Assembly (NCBI GenBank): GCA_046484135.1
Contig: JAWOBU010000228.1
Coordinates: 1 to 27,055 of the forward strand
Origin: a bacterium
Lineage (GTDB): Bacteria > RBG-13-61-14 > DATKZS01
Direction of reading: 5' to 3'
DNA: 27,055 nt
Shown: in pieces, positions 18,276 to 27,055 of the stretch
How the letters are laid out: every line of letters starts with the position of its first letter
Numbering within the stretch: the first letter of the stretch is position 1
Notes under the pieces: generated by a model
Told to the model about the DNA's origin: nothing
The model's input: the letters and a program-made list of their open reading frames with translations, nothing else
Database searches by the model: none
Translations under genes and position numbers: made by a program

Positions 18276-19037
18276 ATGATCCACGCAGAAGGGCTTTGCA
18301 AGAGCTACGGCGATGTTGTAGCTGTAAACGAGCTTAACTTCACGGTTGAAGAAGGGGAGATCGTAGGTTTTCTGGGACCCAACGGTGCGGGCAAGACCAC
18401 CACCATGCGCATCCTTACCTGCTTCATGCCGCAGACGCGGGGCACCGCCCGGATCGCCGGCTATGACATCAACAGGAGCTCGATGGAGGTCCGCCGCCGT
18501 ATCGGTTATCTTCCGGAGATACCTCCCTTGTACCTGGACATGACGGTGGAGGGATTCCTTCGTTTCGTGGCCAGGATCAAGGAGGTCCCCAAAGAAAAAG
18601 CGGGGGAAGCTGCTGACCGTGCCATCGAGCTTTGCGGGCTGGAAGAGATGAGGAGCCGGTACATCCATAAGCTCTCGAAAGGATACCGGCAGCGGACGGG
18701 CTTGGCCCAGGCCATCATCCATGATCCGCCGGTGCTTATACTGGACGAGCCGACCATCGGGCTGGACCCGCGCCAGATCGCGGAGATCAGGAGACTGATC
18801 AAGAACCTGGCCGGCAGTCACACGGTTATACTTTCGACCCACATTCTTTCCGAGGTTACCCTTACCTGTCAGCGGGCCATGATCATAAACCGGGGAGAGA
18901 TCGTGGTTGACGACAGCATCGAGAACCTGACGCGGGAGGGGGACCTGGAACGCCAGTTTTTGAAGATCGTGGGGCAGGCCGAAGGGGAAGTCGGAGAGGC
19001 TTCGGGGGAAATCGGGGCTGACCAGGGCGACGCTTGA
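18276..19037 (+). CDS. ABC transporter ATP-binding protein (GldA-like)
   Basis: Walker A GPNGAGKTT, signature LSKGYRQR, Walker B ILDEP, STH switch. Start placed at ATG 18276. Confidence 0.93.
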   Translation: MIHAEGLCKSYGDVVAVNELNFTVEEGEIVGFLGPNGAGKTTTMRILTCFMPQTRGTARIAGYDINRSSMEVRRRIGYLPEIPPLYLDMTVEGFLRFVARIKEVPKEKAGEAADRAIELCGLEEMRSRYIHKLSKGYRQRTGLAQAIIHDPPVLILDEPTIGLDPRQIAEIRRLIKNLAGSHTVILSTHILSEVTLTCQRAMIINRGEIVVDDSIENLTREGDLERQFLKIVGQAEGEVGEASGEIGADQGDA

Positions 19038-19104
19038 AGTGCGGCTTTTGTCTTTGCCGGCGGATACCGTGCCGGTCCCTGCTTAAGAAGGAGAACACGC
19101 GGCA

Positions 19105-19911
19105 ATGAAGATGACCTGGGTTTTGTTCGTAAAAGAGGTAAAATCTCTTTTCAACTCGTGGATAGCTTACGTGGCTCTTATAGCCTTCACTCTTTTAAAC
19201 GGCATCGCCTTCTACATTAACTTGAGCATGTTCCAGAAGATGGTCCGTTACGCGGACAGCCTGGAGAAGGGCATGTCCCGGCAGGACTGGAACCTTCTGG
19301 AGCAGCTTGTCCAGCCTCTTTACAACACCATCTTCGCGCTTCTTTTCATCATGGTGCCTGCCATCACCATGCGCATGTTCGCGGAGGAGAAAAAACAGCG
19401 GACCCAGGAGTTGCTTTTGACCTCGCCGGTAAAGGTCGGACATATTATCGGCGCCAAGTACCTTGCCGCGCTGGTTCTTATCACCCTCATGCTGATCCCG
19501 GTCATTATCTTTCCATCCATCATCTACATCTACGGCCAGCCTTCGCCGGACTGGGGCCCCATGGTTACCGGCTTTATCGGGCTTTTTCTCTTGGGCTACG
19601 GGCTGGCTGCCATCGGACTTTTCGCCTCCAGCGTTACCGAGAACCAGATCGTGGCTTTCATGATAGCGGTGGCGGTGGAGATGCTTTTCTTTATCGTGGC
19701 CCGGGCCACGGTGAGCTTTGACATCGTGCAGATAGGAGACATGATGATCAATGTGGGAGCGTTTCTCAAGGCCCTCAGCATCACCGAGCATTTCTCTCCG
19801 CTTCTGCAGGGCATCTTCCGAGTCAGCGACCTTGTTTACTTCTTCTCTCTGACCGGTTTCTGGTTATGGGCGACCAGGCAGTCGGTGGAATCTGCCCGGT
19901 GGGCCGGTTGA
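19105..19911 (+). CDS. ABC-2 type permease (GldF-like)
   Basis: KEVKSLFNS.IAY, PAITMRMFAEEK, LLLTSP, GLFASSVTENQIVA; about six TM segments. Confidence 0.9.
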   Translation: MKMTWVLFVKEVKSLFNSWIAYVALIAFTLLNGIAFYINLSMFQKMVRYADSLEKGMSRQDWNLLEQLVQPLYNTIFALLFIMVPAITMRMFAEEKKQRTQELLLTSPVKVGHIIGAKYLAALVLITLMLIPVIIFPSIIYIYGQPSPDWGPMVTGFIGLFLLGYGLAAIGLFASSVTENQIVAFMIAVAVEMLFFIVARATVSFDIVQIGDMMINVGAFLKALSITEHFSPLLQGIFRVSDLVYFFSLTGFWLWATRQSVESARWAG

Positions 19912-19953
19912 GAATGAAGACCAACGCGAAAAACACGGGCGGGGAATTTTGAT

Positions 19954-21549
19954 ATGAAGAAGCTGAGCCAGATCGGCGGAATAATCGGCATAGCGCTGGT
20001 GGCGCTGGGCGGCACGGTAGGAGTGGTGCAGGGGGACCTCTCCTTAATAGCCATGGTGCACCTTGTCCTCGGAGGAGCGCTGCTCATAACGGCCCTGGTG
20101 ATCAACGTCCGGCAGATAAAAGAGTTCGTCTCCAAGGGCAGCGTCAAGATGGGCCCTCAAATACTGATCCAGGGAGTGCTTCTTCTTATCCTCCTTCTTT
20201 TCGTCAACGTCATTATCTTCCGGCACGACTATATAAAAGACTTTACCAGCAAAAGGCTTTTTACCCTGCGGCCGCAGACCAAGCTCACCTTGAAAAAGCT
20301 GCCCGGCAAGGTTGACGTCATGGCTTTCTTTCCCAGCGGCTCCTTCAGTGAAGCCAGGCAGAGGCTTCAGATTTACGGGAACTATCCCAAGGTCTCGTTC
20401 CGGCATATTGATCCCGACAAGAACGAAGACCTGGCCCGGACGGAAAACATCCCCCGCGAGCCCGGCGTGCTGTTCAAGTATAAAGGGAAAAGAGTGTGGA
20501 TCAACAAGTACAATGAACAGGACATAACCAACGCCCTGATCAAGGTGACCCGGGAGACGCGGCCCAAGGTCTGGTTTTCCACCGGACACGGCGAGCCTTC
20601 CCTGGAATCGAACGCGCCGAACGGCTTGTCTTCCCTCTCTCAGATGCTCACCGAGCAAGGCTACCAAGCCGAGACCGTGGATTTAAGAACAAAGGAAAAG
20701 ATACCCCCGGACGTTTCCATGCTCGCCCTCGTCGGACTCGATAGCCACCTCACCAAAAACGAGATCAAGATACTGGACAAGTACCTCAGCCGGGGAGGAG
20801 ACGCCATGATCCTCCTTGATCCGGTCTTGGAGGTCGGCTCGGTAAGCGGCCTGGAAAAGTTCCTGGCCCCCTACGGGGTAAGGGCCCAGTGGAACCTGGT
20901 ACGAGACCGGGAAAGCCGACTGGCCGAAGATAAAACCGGCTTGTGGTTGCTTGCCAAAGATTTGAACGATAAACACCCCATTACCGAGGGGCTCACCCAG
21001 CCGTCCCTGGTCTTTTACTGGACACGGTCTTTGACCGCAAAATCGGTCTTGCCGCCAAGACTGTCCGTAAAAAAACTGGCCTCATCGTCCCCCCACAGCT
21101 TCGCCAAATATATTGACCCCTCCGCCTACTCGGAGCAGTCGGAGGAAGAAAGGTCTAAAGCCCTGAAGAAAATCCTGAACGCAGAGCCCCGGCCCGAAGA
21201 AAAAACCAAGCACGTCCTGGCCTATGCCGTCAAAAAGAAGCCGCCGCAAAGGAAAGCGTGGCTGGACGAACAAGAGACTCCCTCTGAAATGAGAATGGTG
21301 GTCGTGGGCACCAGTGCGATCTGCCGCAACCTTTCCATCTCCATGCCTTACAACTGGGAGTTCGTGATTAACTCCTTCAACTGGCTGGCCGGAGAAGAAG
21401 ACTTAAAGCACATCAAGTCCCGCCAGCGCGGAGGGACCCGCATCTACTTGAGCCGTTCCCAGAAGAACGCCATCTTATATGTGTCGGTGATGATTATCCC
21501 GGAAGTGTTCATGATTATCGGCCTGGCTGTATGGTGGAGGAGAAGATGA
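19954..21549 (+). CDS. GldG-like ABC auxiliary component (GIFT domain)
   Basis: N-terminal TM segments, DFTSKRLFTL, IDPD, EQDITNAL, FSTGHGE, YLSRGG, HPIT, NSFNWL, C-terminal TM ending in WWRRR. Confidence 0.88.
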   Translation: MKKLSQIGGIIGIALVALGGTVGVVQGDLSLIAMVHLVLGGALLITALVINVRQIKEFVSKGSVKMGPQILIQGVLLLILLLFVNVIIFRHDYIKDFTSKRLFTLRPQTKLTLKKLPGKVDVMAFFPSGSFSEARQRLQIYGNYPKVSFRHIDPDKNEDLARTENIPREPGVLFKYKGKRVWINKYNEQDITNALIKVTRETRPKVWFSTGHGEPSLESNAPNGLSSLSQMLTEQGYQAETVDLRTKEKIPPDVSMLALVGLDSHLTKNEIKILDKYLSRGGDAMILLDPVLEVGSVSGLEKFLAPYGVRAQWNLVRDRESRLAEDKTGLWLLAKDLNDKHPITEGLTQPSLVFYWTRSLTAKSVLPPRLSVKKLASSSPHSFAKYIDPSAYSEQSEEERSKALKKILNAEPRPEEKTKHVLAYAVKKKPPQRKAWLDEQETPSEMRMVVVGTSAICRNLSISMPYNWEFVINSFNWLAGEEDLKHIKSRQRGGTRIYLSRSQKNAILYVSVMIIPEVFMIIGLAVWWRRR

Positions 21550-23033
21550 AAAAGTCCCTTATAACAACCGTGATCCTCGCTCTGCTCGCCGGCGGAGTCC
21601 TTGCCTACTTCTACGTGTTCGAGAGAGGACCGACAGAAAAAAAGAAAGAGTGGGAGCCGGAAAAAATTATAAGTAAAGAAAGCCGGCTTGAAAAGATCAC
21701 TTTTAAAAGGCCCTCGGGCACCATTGTATTCGAGAGGCGGGGAAACTCCTGGCTTATTACCGAACCCGTTAAAAGCCCGCCCGATCCCATCCTCATGAAT
21801 GAGCTGGTTCCCCGCCTGACGCAATTAAAGAAAGAAAGGATCATCCACCTTCATCCCGAGAATTTGAAGACCTATCGGCTGGAAGACCCGCAGGTGGAGA
21901 TCATGCTTGATCTGGCCGGCCAGGAGACCGACAAAAGAATCCTTGTCGGAAAGATGAATTACACCAAAGACCACTTATACGCCCAGCTCGGCTCCGAGCC
22001 CGCCGTCTTCCTGATCAAACCCGACATCCTTCCTTTTCTCTATCATGACCTCAGCGTGTACCGGGCCAAATCGCTTCTTTTGCATTCCCCCAGCCGGGTG
22101 GTAAGTATGGAGGTCAAGGTACTGGACCCGCAATTAAAAGAGCAGTTTCCCCGCATAACCGAGATGAAACTTATCAAGCAGGGCCAGAAAGGAAAACCTC
22201 ATAAGTGGATATTCGTCAAGCCTTTCCAGGAAGCCTCCACCTCCCGTTCCGTGGAGCTCCTCCTGATGAGACTGCACAGTAACGCAGGCGAAAAAGTCAT
22301 TGACATCGAAGAAAACGAACTCGCGAAGTACGGATTGGACGACCCCCGCCTCAAGATAATCTTCTCCATCGCTGACGGCACCAAAGAAGAGGTCATCCTG
22401 GGAGACATCAACCAGGAGGAAAAAAAGGCATACCTCAAAAACACCGCCAGAAACGAAGTGATCCCCGCAGGAATGCAGACCTTCTCCCTTATTACCACAT
22501 TTCCTTTTCGCAAGGAGTACCTGCTAAAGGGGCCGGAAGGCAGAAACATAACCAGGATAGAAATCAACTACCCGGCCCTTCCCGATAAAGGGTTCACCCT
22601 TGTCCATGACAGTCCAAGACTGTTCGCTTTTGAAGACGACCCTTCAAAAAAGAGCCTGACAAGGCTGACCCAGTCCCTGCTCAGGCCGTTCCGGTCCATG
22701 CCGGTCAAGTACGTGTATAACAAACCTCCTTACCCGAGAGAGGAATACGGACTGGAAAAACCAAGATTTACCATGAAGGCCTACGAAGACGAAACCCTGA
22801 GCCTGGACGTGGCCGTGGGCGATACCGCCACTGAAGGAAACGCCACATATACTTATATTGAAGACCGGAAAAGAAATTGCCTGCTTACCCTTCCCAAAGA
22901 CCTGTATCACCACATGCCCTGGAAAAGGGAGTACCTGGAGGCGGCACCGGAAAAGATTCAACGGGCGAAAAAGTTAAGGAGGAGGCATGAAAGAGAAAGA
23001 GGATCGGCTGGACAAAAGAGTAGTACTGAATAA
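21546..23033 (+). CDS. DUF4340-like membrane-anchored periplasmic protein
   Basis: ATGA overlap with the gldG-like stop; N-terminal anchor; three repeats with LKTYRLEDP / LAKYGLDDP / EEYGLEKP. Confidence 0.8.
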   Translation: MKKSLITTVILALLAGGVLAYFYVFERGPTEKKKEWEPEKIISKESRLEKITFKRPSGTIVFERRGNSWLITEPVKSPPDPILMNELVPRLTQLKKERIIHLHPENLKTYRLEDPQVEIMLDLAGQETDKRILVGKMNYTKDHLYAQLGSEPAVFLIKPDILPFLYHDLSVYRAKSLLLHSPSRVVSMEVKVLDPQLKEQFPRITEMKLIKQGQKGKPHKWIFVKPFQEASTSRSVELLLMRLHSNAGEKVIDIEENELAKYGLDDPRLKIIFSIADGTKEEVILGDINQEEKKAYLKNTARNEVIPAGMQTFSLITTFPFRKEYLLKGPEGRNITRIEINYPALPDKGFTLVHDSPRLFAFEDDPSKKSLTRLTQSLLRPFRSMPVKYVYNKPPYPREEYGLEKPRFTMKAYEDETLSLDVAVGDTATEGNATYTYIEDRKRNCLLTLPKDLYHHMPWKREYLEAAPEKIQRAKKLRRRHERERGSAGQKSSTE

Positions 23034-23229
23034 CATCCGGGAAGGAGTGGTAGAGAGAAAAGAGTATGACAAGTTCCTCGACTCGCTGCCTGACGTGTCG
23101 AACAAGGCCGTCGAGGTGTCCATTGAAGATATAGCGCCCAGGGCGTATCTGAACGCGGTGGGAGGGGGAGGAACTTCGGAAAGCGACAGCAAGGAAAAAC
23201 CGGAAACGGACCGGGACCCGGAAAAGTAA
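22987..23229 (+). CDS. Small conserved hypothetical protein
   Basis: Strong SD AGGAGGAGG; motif DKRVV..NIREG...EYDKFLDSLPD; acidic tail; overlaps the upstream gene by 47 nt. Confidence 0.75.
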   Translation: MKEKEDRLDKRVVLNNIREGVVERKEYDKFLDSLPDVSNKAVEVSIEDIAPRAYLNAVGGGGTSESDSKEKPETDRDPEK

Positions 23230-23252
23230 ACCCGGAAAAGGCCGGCAAGGAC

Positions 23253-23411
23253 ATGGATGAAGGATTGAAAAAAGACCGGCAAGCGCAGGCCGAAAGCGAC
23301 GCCGAAGAGCCGGCGCTAGCCGGAAAGCTCTACGCCTGGCTCTTTATACTTTACGCCCTGGGCCTGGCCGTCATTGTGATAGAGTATCTGGCAAGTCACG
23401 CAAACGTTTGA
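23253..23411 (+). CDS. 52-aa single-pass membrane protein (not in the ORF track)
   Basis: MDEGLKKDRQAQAESDAEEPALAGKLYAWLFILYALGLAVIVIEYLASHANV fills the gap between two co-oriented genes. Confidence 0.6.
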   Translation: MDEGLKKDRQAQAESDAEEPALAGKLYAWLFILYALGLAVIVIEYLASHANV

Positions 23412-23445
23412 AAACAGCTCCTCCATAAAAAAAACAGAAGAACAA

Positions 23446-24657
23446 ATGGTAAAAAAGACCGCCCTCCAGGTTCCCGGCTTTTGCTTTGCCGCCGTCCCCG
23501 CAGGAATAAAATACCGCCACAGGCCGGACGTGGGGCTGATTATAGCGGACCGGCCCTGCAACTGTGCCGGCGTCTTTACCACCAACCGGGTCCGGGCCCC
23601 TGCCGTCCGGCTGGACAAACAAAGACTCAAAAACAATGGCCTCGCCCAGGCCATTATCGTCAACTCCGGCAACGCCAACACCTGCGTAGGCGACAAAGGA
23701 CACCAGGCGGCCCTGAAAATAACCCGGGCCCTTGCCAAAACCTTAAGCATCAAAAACTCGCTCTGCCTTATGAGCTCCACCGGCGTCATAGGAGAGCCGC
23801 TTCCAGAGCACAAAATAACAGACAAGATACCCGCACTCGTAAAAGCCGCCACACCGGAAAGACTGCCCGACTTCGCCCGCGCCATTATGACCACGGACAC
23901 CCGCCCCAAAACTGCCTCCCGCACCTTCAGCTTTAACAACAAAAAAGTGACCCTGGCCGCCGCGGCCAAAGGCTCCGGCATGATCATGCCCGACATGGCC
24001 ACTATGCTGGCCTATGTCGTAACTGATGCCCGCATAGATACGAACGTGCTCAAAAAGGCGCTCCGGCGGGCCTCGGAAAACTCCTTTAACGCGCTCACCG
24101 TGGACGGAGACACTTCAACCAGCGATACCGTCATAGTGATGGCCGGAGGAAAAAGCGGATGTAACTGCAATACAGGCAAGGCGTACTCTTTGTTCCAGCA
24201 TGCTCTGGATGAAATATGCCTGGAGCTGGCCGAATCCATTGCCGCGGACGGAGAGGGTGCGACCCGGCTTGTCCGGATTCTTGCAAAAGAAGCAAAGACC
24301 AGAAAGGAAGCGGACGCAATAGCGAGGCGGGTGGCAAACTCCCCCCTGGTCAAGACAGCTCTCCACGCCGCAGACCCGAACTGGGGAAGGATAATGGCGG
24401 CGGCCGGAAGCGCCGGCGTGCCCCTCGACGCAAACAAGGTCTCTCTACGCTTCCAAGACCCGAAGGGAAACCACGTACAGGTGGTGGAAAACGGCGCTCT
24501 TTCTCCGCGCTACTCCGAGACAAAAGCCCGCCGGATTCTGGGCTCCAAAGAAGTGGACGTAATCCTCGGCCTGGGAAGAGGAAGTGAACAACGGACCGTG
24601 CTCACCTGCGACCTTTCCGCAGAGTACATAAAAATAAACGCCGAGTACAGAAGCTGA
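23446..24657 (+). CDS. argJ: Ornithine acetyltransferase / N-acetylglutamate synthase
   Basis: GVFTTN, NSGNAN, STGVIG, AIMTTDT, KGSGMIMPDMATML (autocleavage Thr), DGEGAT, SPLVKTA, DPNWGR, INAEYRS. Confidence 0.97.
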   Translation: MVKKTALQVPGFCFAAVPAGIKYRHRPDVGLIIADRPCNCAGVFTTNRVRAPAVRLDKQRLKNNGLAQAIIVNSGNANTCVGDKGHQAALKITRALAKTLSIKNSLCLMSSTGVIGEPLPEHKITDKIPALVKAATPERLPDFARAIMTTDTRPKTASRTFSFNNKKVTLAAAAKGSGMIMPDMATMLAYVVTDARIDTNVLKKALRRASENSFNALTVDGDTSTSDTVIVMAGGKSGCNCNTGKAYSLFQHALDEICLELAESIAADGEGATRLVRILAKEAKTRKEADAIARRVANSPLVKTALHAADPNWGRIMAAAGSAGVPLDANKVSLRFQDPKGNHVQVVENGALSPRYSETKARRILGSKEVDVILGLGRGSEQRTVLTCDLSAEYIKINAEYRS

Positions 24658-24708
24658 AAAGAAGAGGGCTGAAATGAACAGGGGCGGCACGCCGTTTGGA
24701 TAGGATGT

Positions 24709-25746
24709 TCAAACAGCCCCGCCCGCCTTTTCCAGTACCTTGAGAACAAGCTCTGCTATCCGGAGCATGTTCAGGGACGACCCTTTACGAAGGTTGTCCG
24801 CAGATACCCACAAAAGAACACCGCAAGGATCGGTGGGGTCTTTCCTTACCCTTCCCACCAGTACCTCCTCTCGCGTCAGGGCCTCCATGGTGTCCGGGTA
24901 AACCTCGTTCGCAGGATCATCAAGAACATGAAGTCCTTCGCCGCCCGAAAGGGACTCCCGCACTTTATCGGCTGAAACCTCTTTGTCAAACCCCACGCTG
25001 AGCGAGGCGGCAAGCCCGCAAAAAACCGGCGCCTGCATGGCGGTTACCGCCACCGGAAGCTCACGGCCCAGAATCCGCGGAAGCTCGTCCATAAGCTCGC
25101 GCTCCGCTTGCGAGTGTCCGCCCTCGAACTCGCCTGCCTGCGGAAAGATGTTAAAAGCGCTCTGGCGGGGAAACCGCTCCACCTTGAGCTCGTTCTGGTT
25201 GAACACGTCTATGGTCTGATACTGGTGCTCCTCGAAGCATCTCCGGCCGCCGCTGGTGGAACCCATGGCCAAAGTGGCGCTGACACGCTTTACATGAAAA
25301 GTCCTCTCCAGCGCCGCAAGCACAAGAGCGAGCACCACCGACTGGGACGAGGGGCTGGACACGATCCGATTGCCTTGCCAGATGCCGGCCATGGCTTCGG
25401 CGTTCAAGTCCGGAACTACCAGCGGAACGGACGGGTCACCGCGAAAAGCCCCCGAGCTGTCAATCACCACGGCGCCGGCCTCTGCCGCCTCCGACGCCAG
25501 GTCGCGGCCCACCAGAGACGGCGCGGCAAAAAACACCAGGTCCATGCCCTCGGCAAAACCGGAGCTCAAAAGCTCCACCTCGAACTCCTCGCCCTGAAAC
25601 TCCATGCTCTCGCCGGCGCTCTCCGGAGAAGCGAAAAGACGCAAGCCGGAGACCGGAAAACCGCGATAGGACATGGCCTCGATAAGCTCGGAGCCCACCA
25701 GCCCGGTGGCGCCTACTATAGCGACGTTGACTCTTTTATCAACCAT
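24709..25746 (-). CDS. Aspartate-semialdehyde dehydrogenase homologue lacking catalytic residues (Usg-like)
   Basis: VGATGLVG, VIDSSGAFR, VPLVVP, AFN, VGRVR and DNLRKG are present. NPNC is replaced by SPSS, and RVPV..GH by QAPVFCGL. Confidence 0.88.
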   Translation of the reverse strand: MVDKRVNVAIVGATGLVGSELIEAMSYRGFPVSGLRLFASPESAGESMEFQGEEFEVELLSSGFAEGMDLVFFAAPSLVGRDLASEAAEAGAVVIDSSGAFRGDPSVPLVVPDLNAEAMAGIWQGNRIVSSPSSQSVVLALVLAALERTFHVKRVSATLAMGSTSGGRRCFEEHQYQTIDVFNQNELKVERFPRQSAFNIFPQAGEFEGGHSQAERELMDELPRILGRELPVAVTAMQAPVFCGLAASLSVGFDKEVSADKVRESLSGGEGLHVLDDPANEVYPDTMEALTREEVLVGRVRKDPTDPCGVLLWVSADNLRKGSSLNMLRIAELVLKVLEKAGGAV

Positions 25747-25791
25747 GAAAAGCTCAAACCTCGAAAAAACCTTTAAACCATCAAGCCGGCT

Positions 25792-26922
25792 CTACTTTAT
25801 AAGACCCTTGTCTTTGAGCTCGGACACGCCTTTCTGAACCAGGTCCTCAACACCTTCCTCTTCCGCCGCCCAGTCCAGGAAAACCGGAAGCCCCTCTTCA
25901 AAGGAAGTAGCGGTCTCGTAATCGAGCACCTCTCGGGCAAGGCCGGTATCAGCATAGCAATGACGGATGTCGCCCGAACGGAACGCTCCCTGGACCTCGT
26001 GGGGAAGGTCTCCTCCCAGGCCGTCCCGGACCGCGTCCGCAACATCGAGGACCGAGCGAGGCTTGCCCGTGCCCACGTTCACGGCTACGCCGCCTTCGCC
26101 GCCCCAGCGCAGGGCCGCCAGGTTGGCCCGCGCCGCGTCCCGCACGTAAGTAAAATCGCGGCATTGCCTGCCGTCCTCGAAGATGAGGGCCGGCCGTTCG
26201 TTCCTGACCCGCGAGGCCACGATAGCCAGAAGCCCGGTATAGGGATTGGACAAGGCCTGCCGCGGCCCGTAAATGTTGAAGTAACGCAAAGCCACCGTGG
26301 GAATGCCGTATGCCCTGCCTATAACCAGCGCCAGCTCTTCCGTGACCTTTTTCCCGATCGCGTAAACCGACTCGCAGATAAGAGACTTGGCTTCATCAGT
26401 GGGCACCGCTTCCAGGACTTCGCCGCAGTCGCAACGGAGCTCCCATTCCCGTCTTTCCAACTGCTCGTTGGAACGCACCCGGGGGGCCACCAGGCCGCAG
26501 TTGGGACAGCGATACCGGCCTTCCCCGTAGATGGACATGGAACTCGCAACCACCAGTTTCTTTATGCGGCCCGACTTGGGAATCCGGTCCACGATGCCCT
26601 GCAACAGGGACGCGGTAACGCAGTCGTTGCCGTGAACGTACCTGTCAATCTCGTACATGGACTGGGCCACGCCCACCATGGCCGCCTGATGGCAAACCAT
26701 GTCCACGTCTGAAAGCGCGCGATCAAGCACGTCCTTGTCCCGCACGTCTCCTTTTATGAACTCGGCCTCCGGGTTCAGGTAATCGGGCGCGCTGTCTCTT
26801 TCACCGTGGACCTGCGGCTCCAGGCTGTCCAGCACCCGCACCTCGTAGCCTTCTTCCAGAAGAAGGTCGGTGATATGGGACCCGATAACACCCGCGCCGC
26901 CGGTAACCAGCACTCTTTCCAT
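25792..26922 (-). CDS. NAD-dependent nucleotide-sugar epimerase/dehydratase (extended SDR)
   Basis: TGGAGVIG, ASSMSIYG, YAIGK (YxxxK), LRYFNIYGPRQ, RDFTYV, RSGDIRH. Confidence 0.92.
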   Translation of the reverse strand: MERVLVTGGAGVIGSHITDLLLEEGYEVRVLDSLEPQVHGERDSAPDYLNPEAEFIKGDVRDKDVLDRALSDVDMVCHQAAMVGVAQSMYEIDRYVHGNDCVTASLLQGIVDRIPKSGRIKKLVVASSMSIYGEGRYRCPNCGLVAPRVRSNEQLERREWELRCDCGEVLEAVPTDEAKSLICESVYAIGKKVTEELALVIGRAYGIPTVALRYFNIYGPRQALSNPYTGLLAIVASRVRNERPALIFEDGRQCRDFTYVRDAARANLAALRWGGEGGVAVNVGTGKPRSVLDVADAVRDGLGGDLPHEVQGAFRSGDIRHCYADTGLAREVLDYETATSFEEGLPVFLDWAAEEEGVEDLVQKGVSELKDKGLIK

Positions 26923-26983
26923 GGATTCCTTCCTCTCCCCGCGTGGTTCTTTACCAAAGCTATAAGTATATTATAAAGCCGTC

Positions 26984-27055
26984 GGCGGGATTGATAAAGG
27001 CCGACCGGGACCGCTACTTGCCGCCGCGGTCCGGTCGGCCTTTATCAATCCCGCC
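26984..27055. repeat. Long inverted repeat / hairpin at the window end
   Basis: 26984-27008 is the exact reverse complement of 27031-27055 (25 bp). After a 1-nt bulge there are 5 more bp and an 11-nt loop. Confidence 0.85.

Noticed and set aside
24103..24129. ArgJ DGDTSTSDT instead of TSTNDT
   Set aside because: This variant is recalled from other ordinary ArgJ proteins, and the remaining catalytic motifs are intact.
24667..24719. Imperfect stem between convergent argJ and asd-like genes
   Set aside because: The pairing is interrupted, the loop is long and there is no U-tract, so it cannot be supported as a terminator.

Overview
This is a GC-rich (about 60%) bacterial chromosomal segment. 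Its gene style resembles Desulfobacterota/Myxococcota ('deltaproteobacteria'), which is an inference. In order it carries: a TPR plus probable beta-barrel gene (- strand) running off the left edge; a 311-bp non-coding MITE-like element with 24-bp terminal inverted repeats, a perfect 8-bp target duplication and nested internal hairpins; serS; a lipoprotein; an archaeal-type thymidylate synthase homologue, a DegT-family aminotransferase and a minimal protein-kinase-like gene, all in one reading frame; and mreB-mreC-mreD-mrdA without rodA. Next comes a catabolic block: a GH116 hydrolase with altered sugar-binding motifs, a glutaryl-CoA-dehydrogenase-like ACAD and a LarA-family nickel-pincer enzyme, with a REP-doublet-like palindrome between the last two. 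A long operon follows: small membrane protein, HtrA protease, GldA/GldF/GldG-like ABC system, DUF4340-like protein, two small proteins and argJ. The window ends with a catalytically degenerate Asd/Usg homologue, an NAD-dependent epimerase with a Cys4 insert and a 25-bp perfect hairpin at the right edge. No tRNA, rRNA, CRISPR array or transposase was seen. All family calls come from motif recognition, not database searches.
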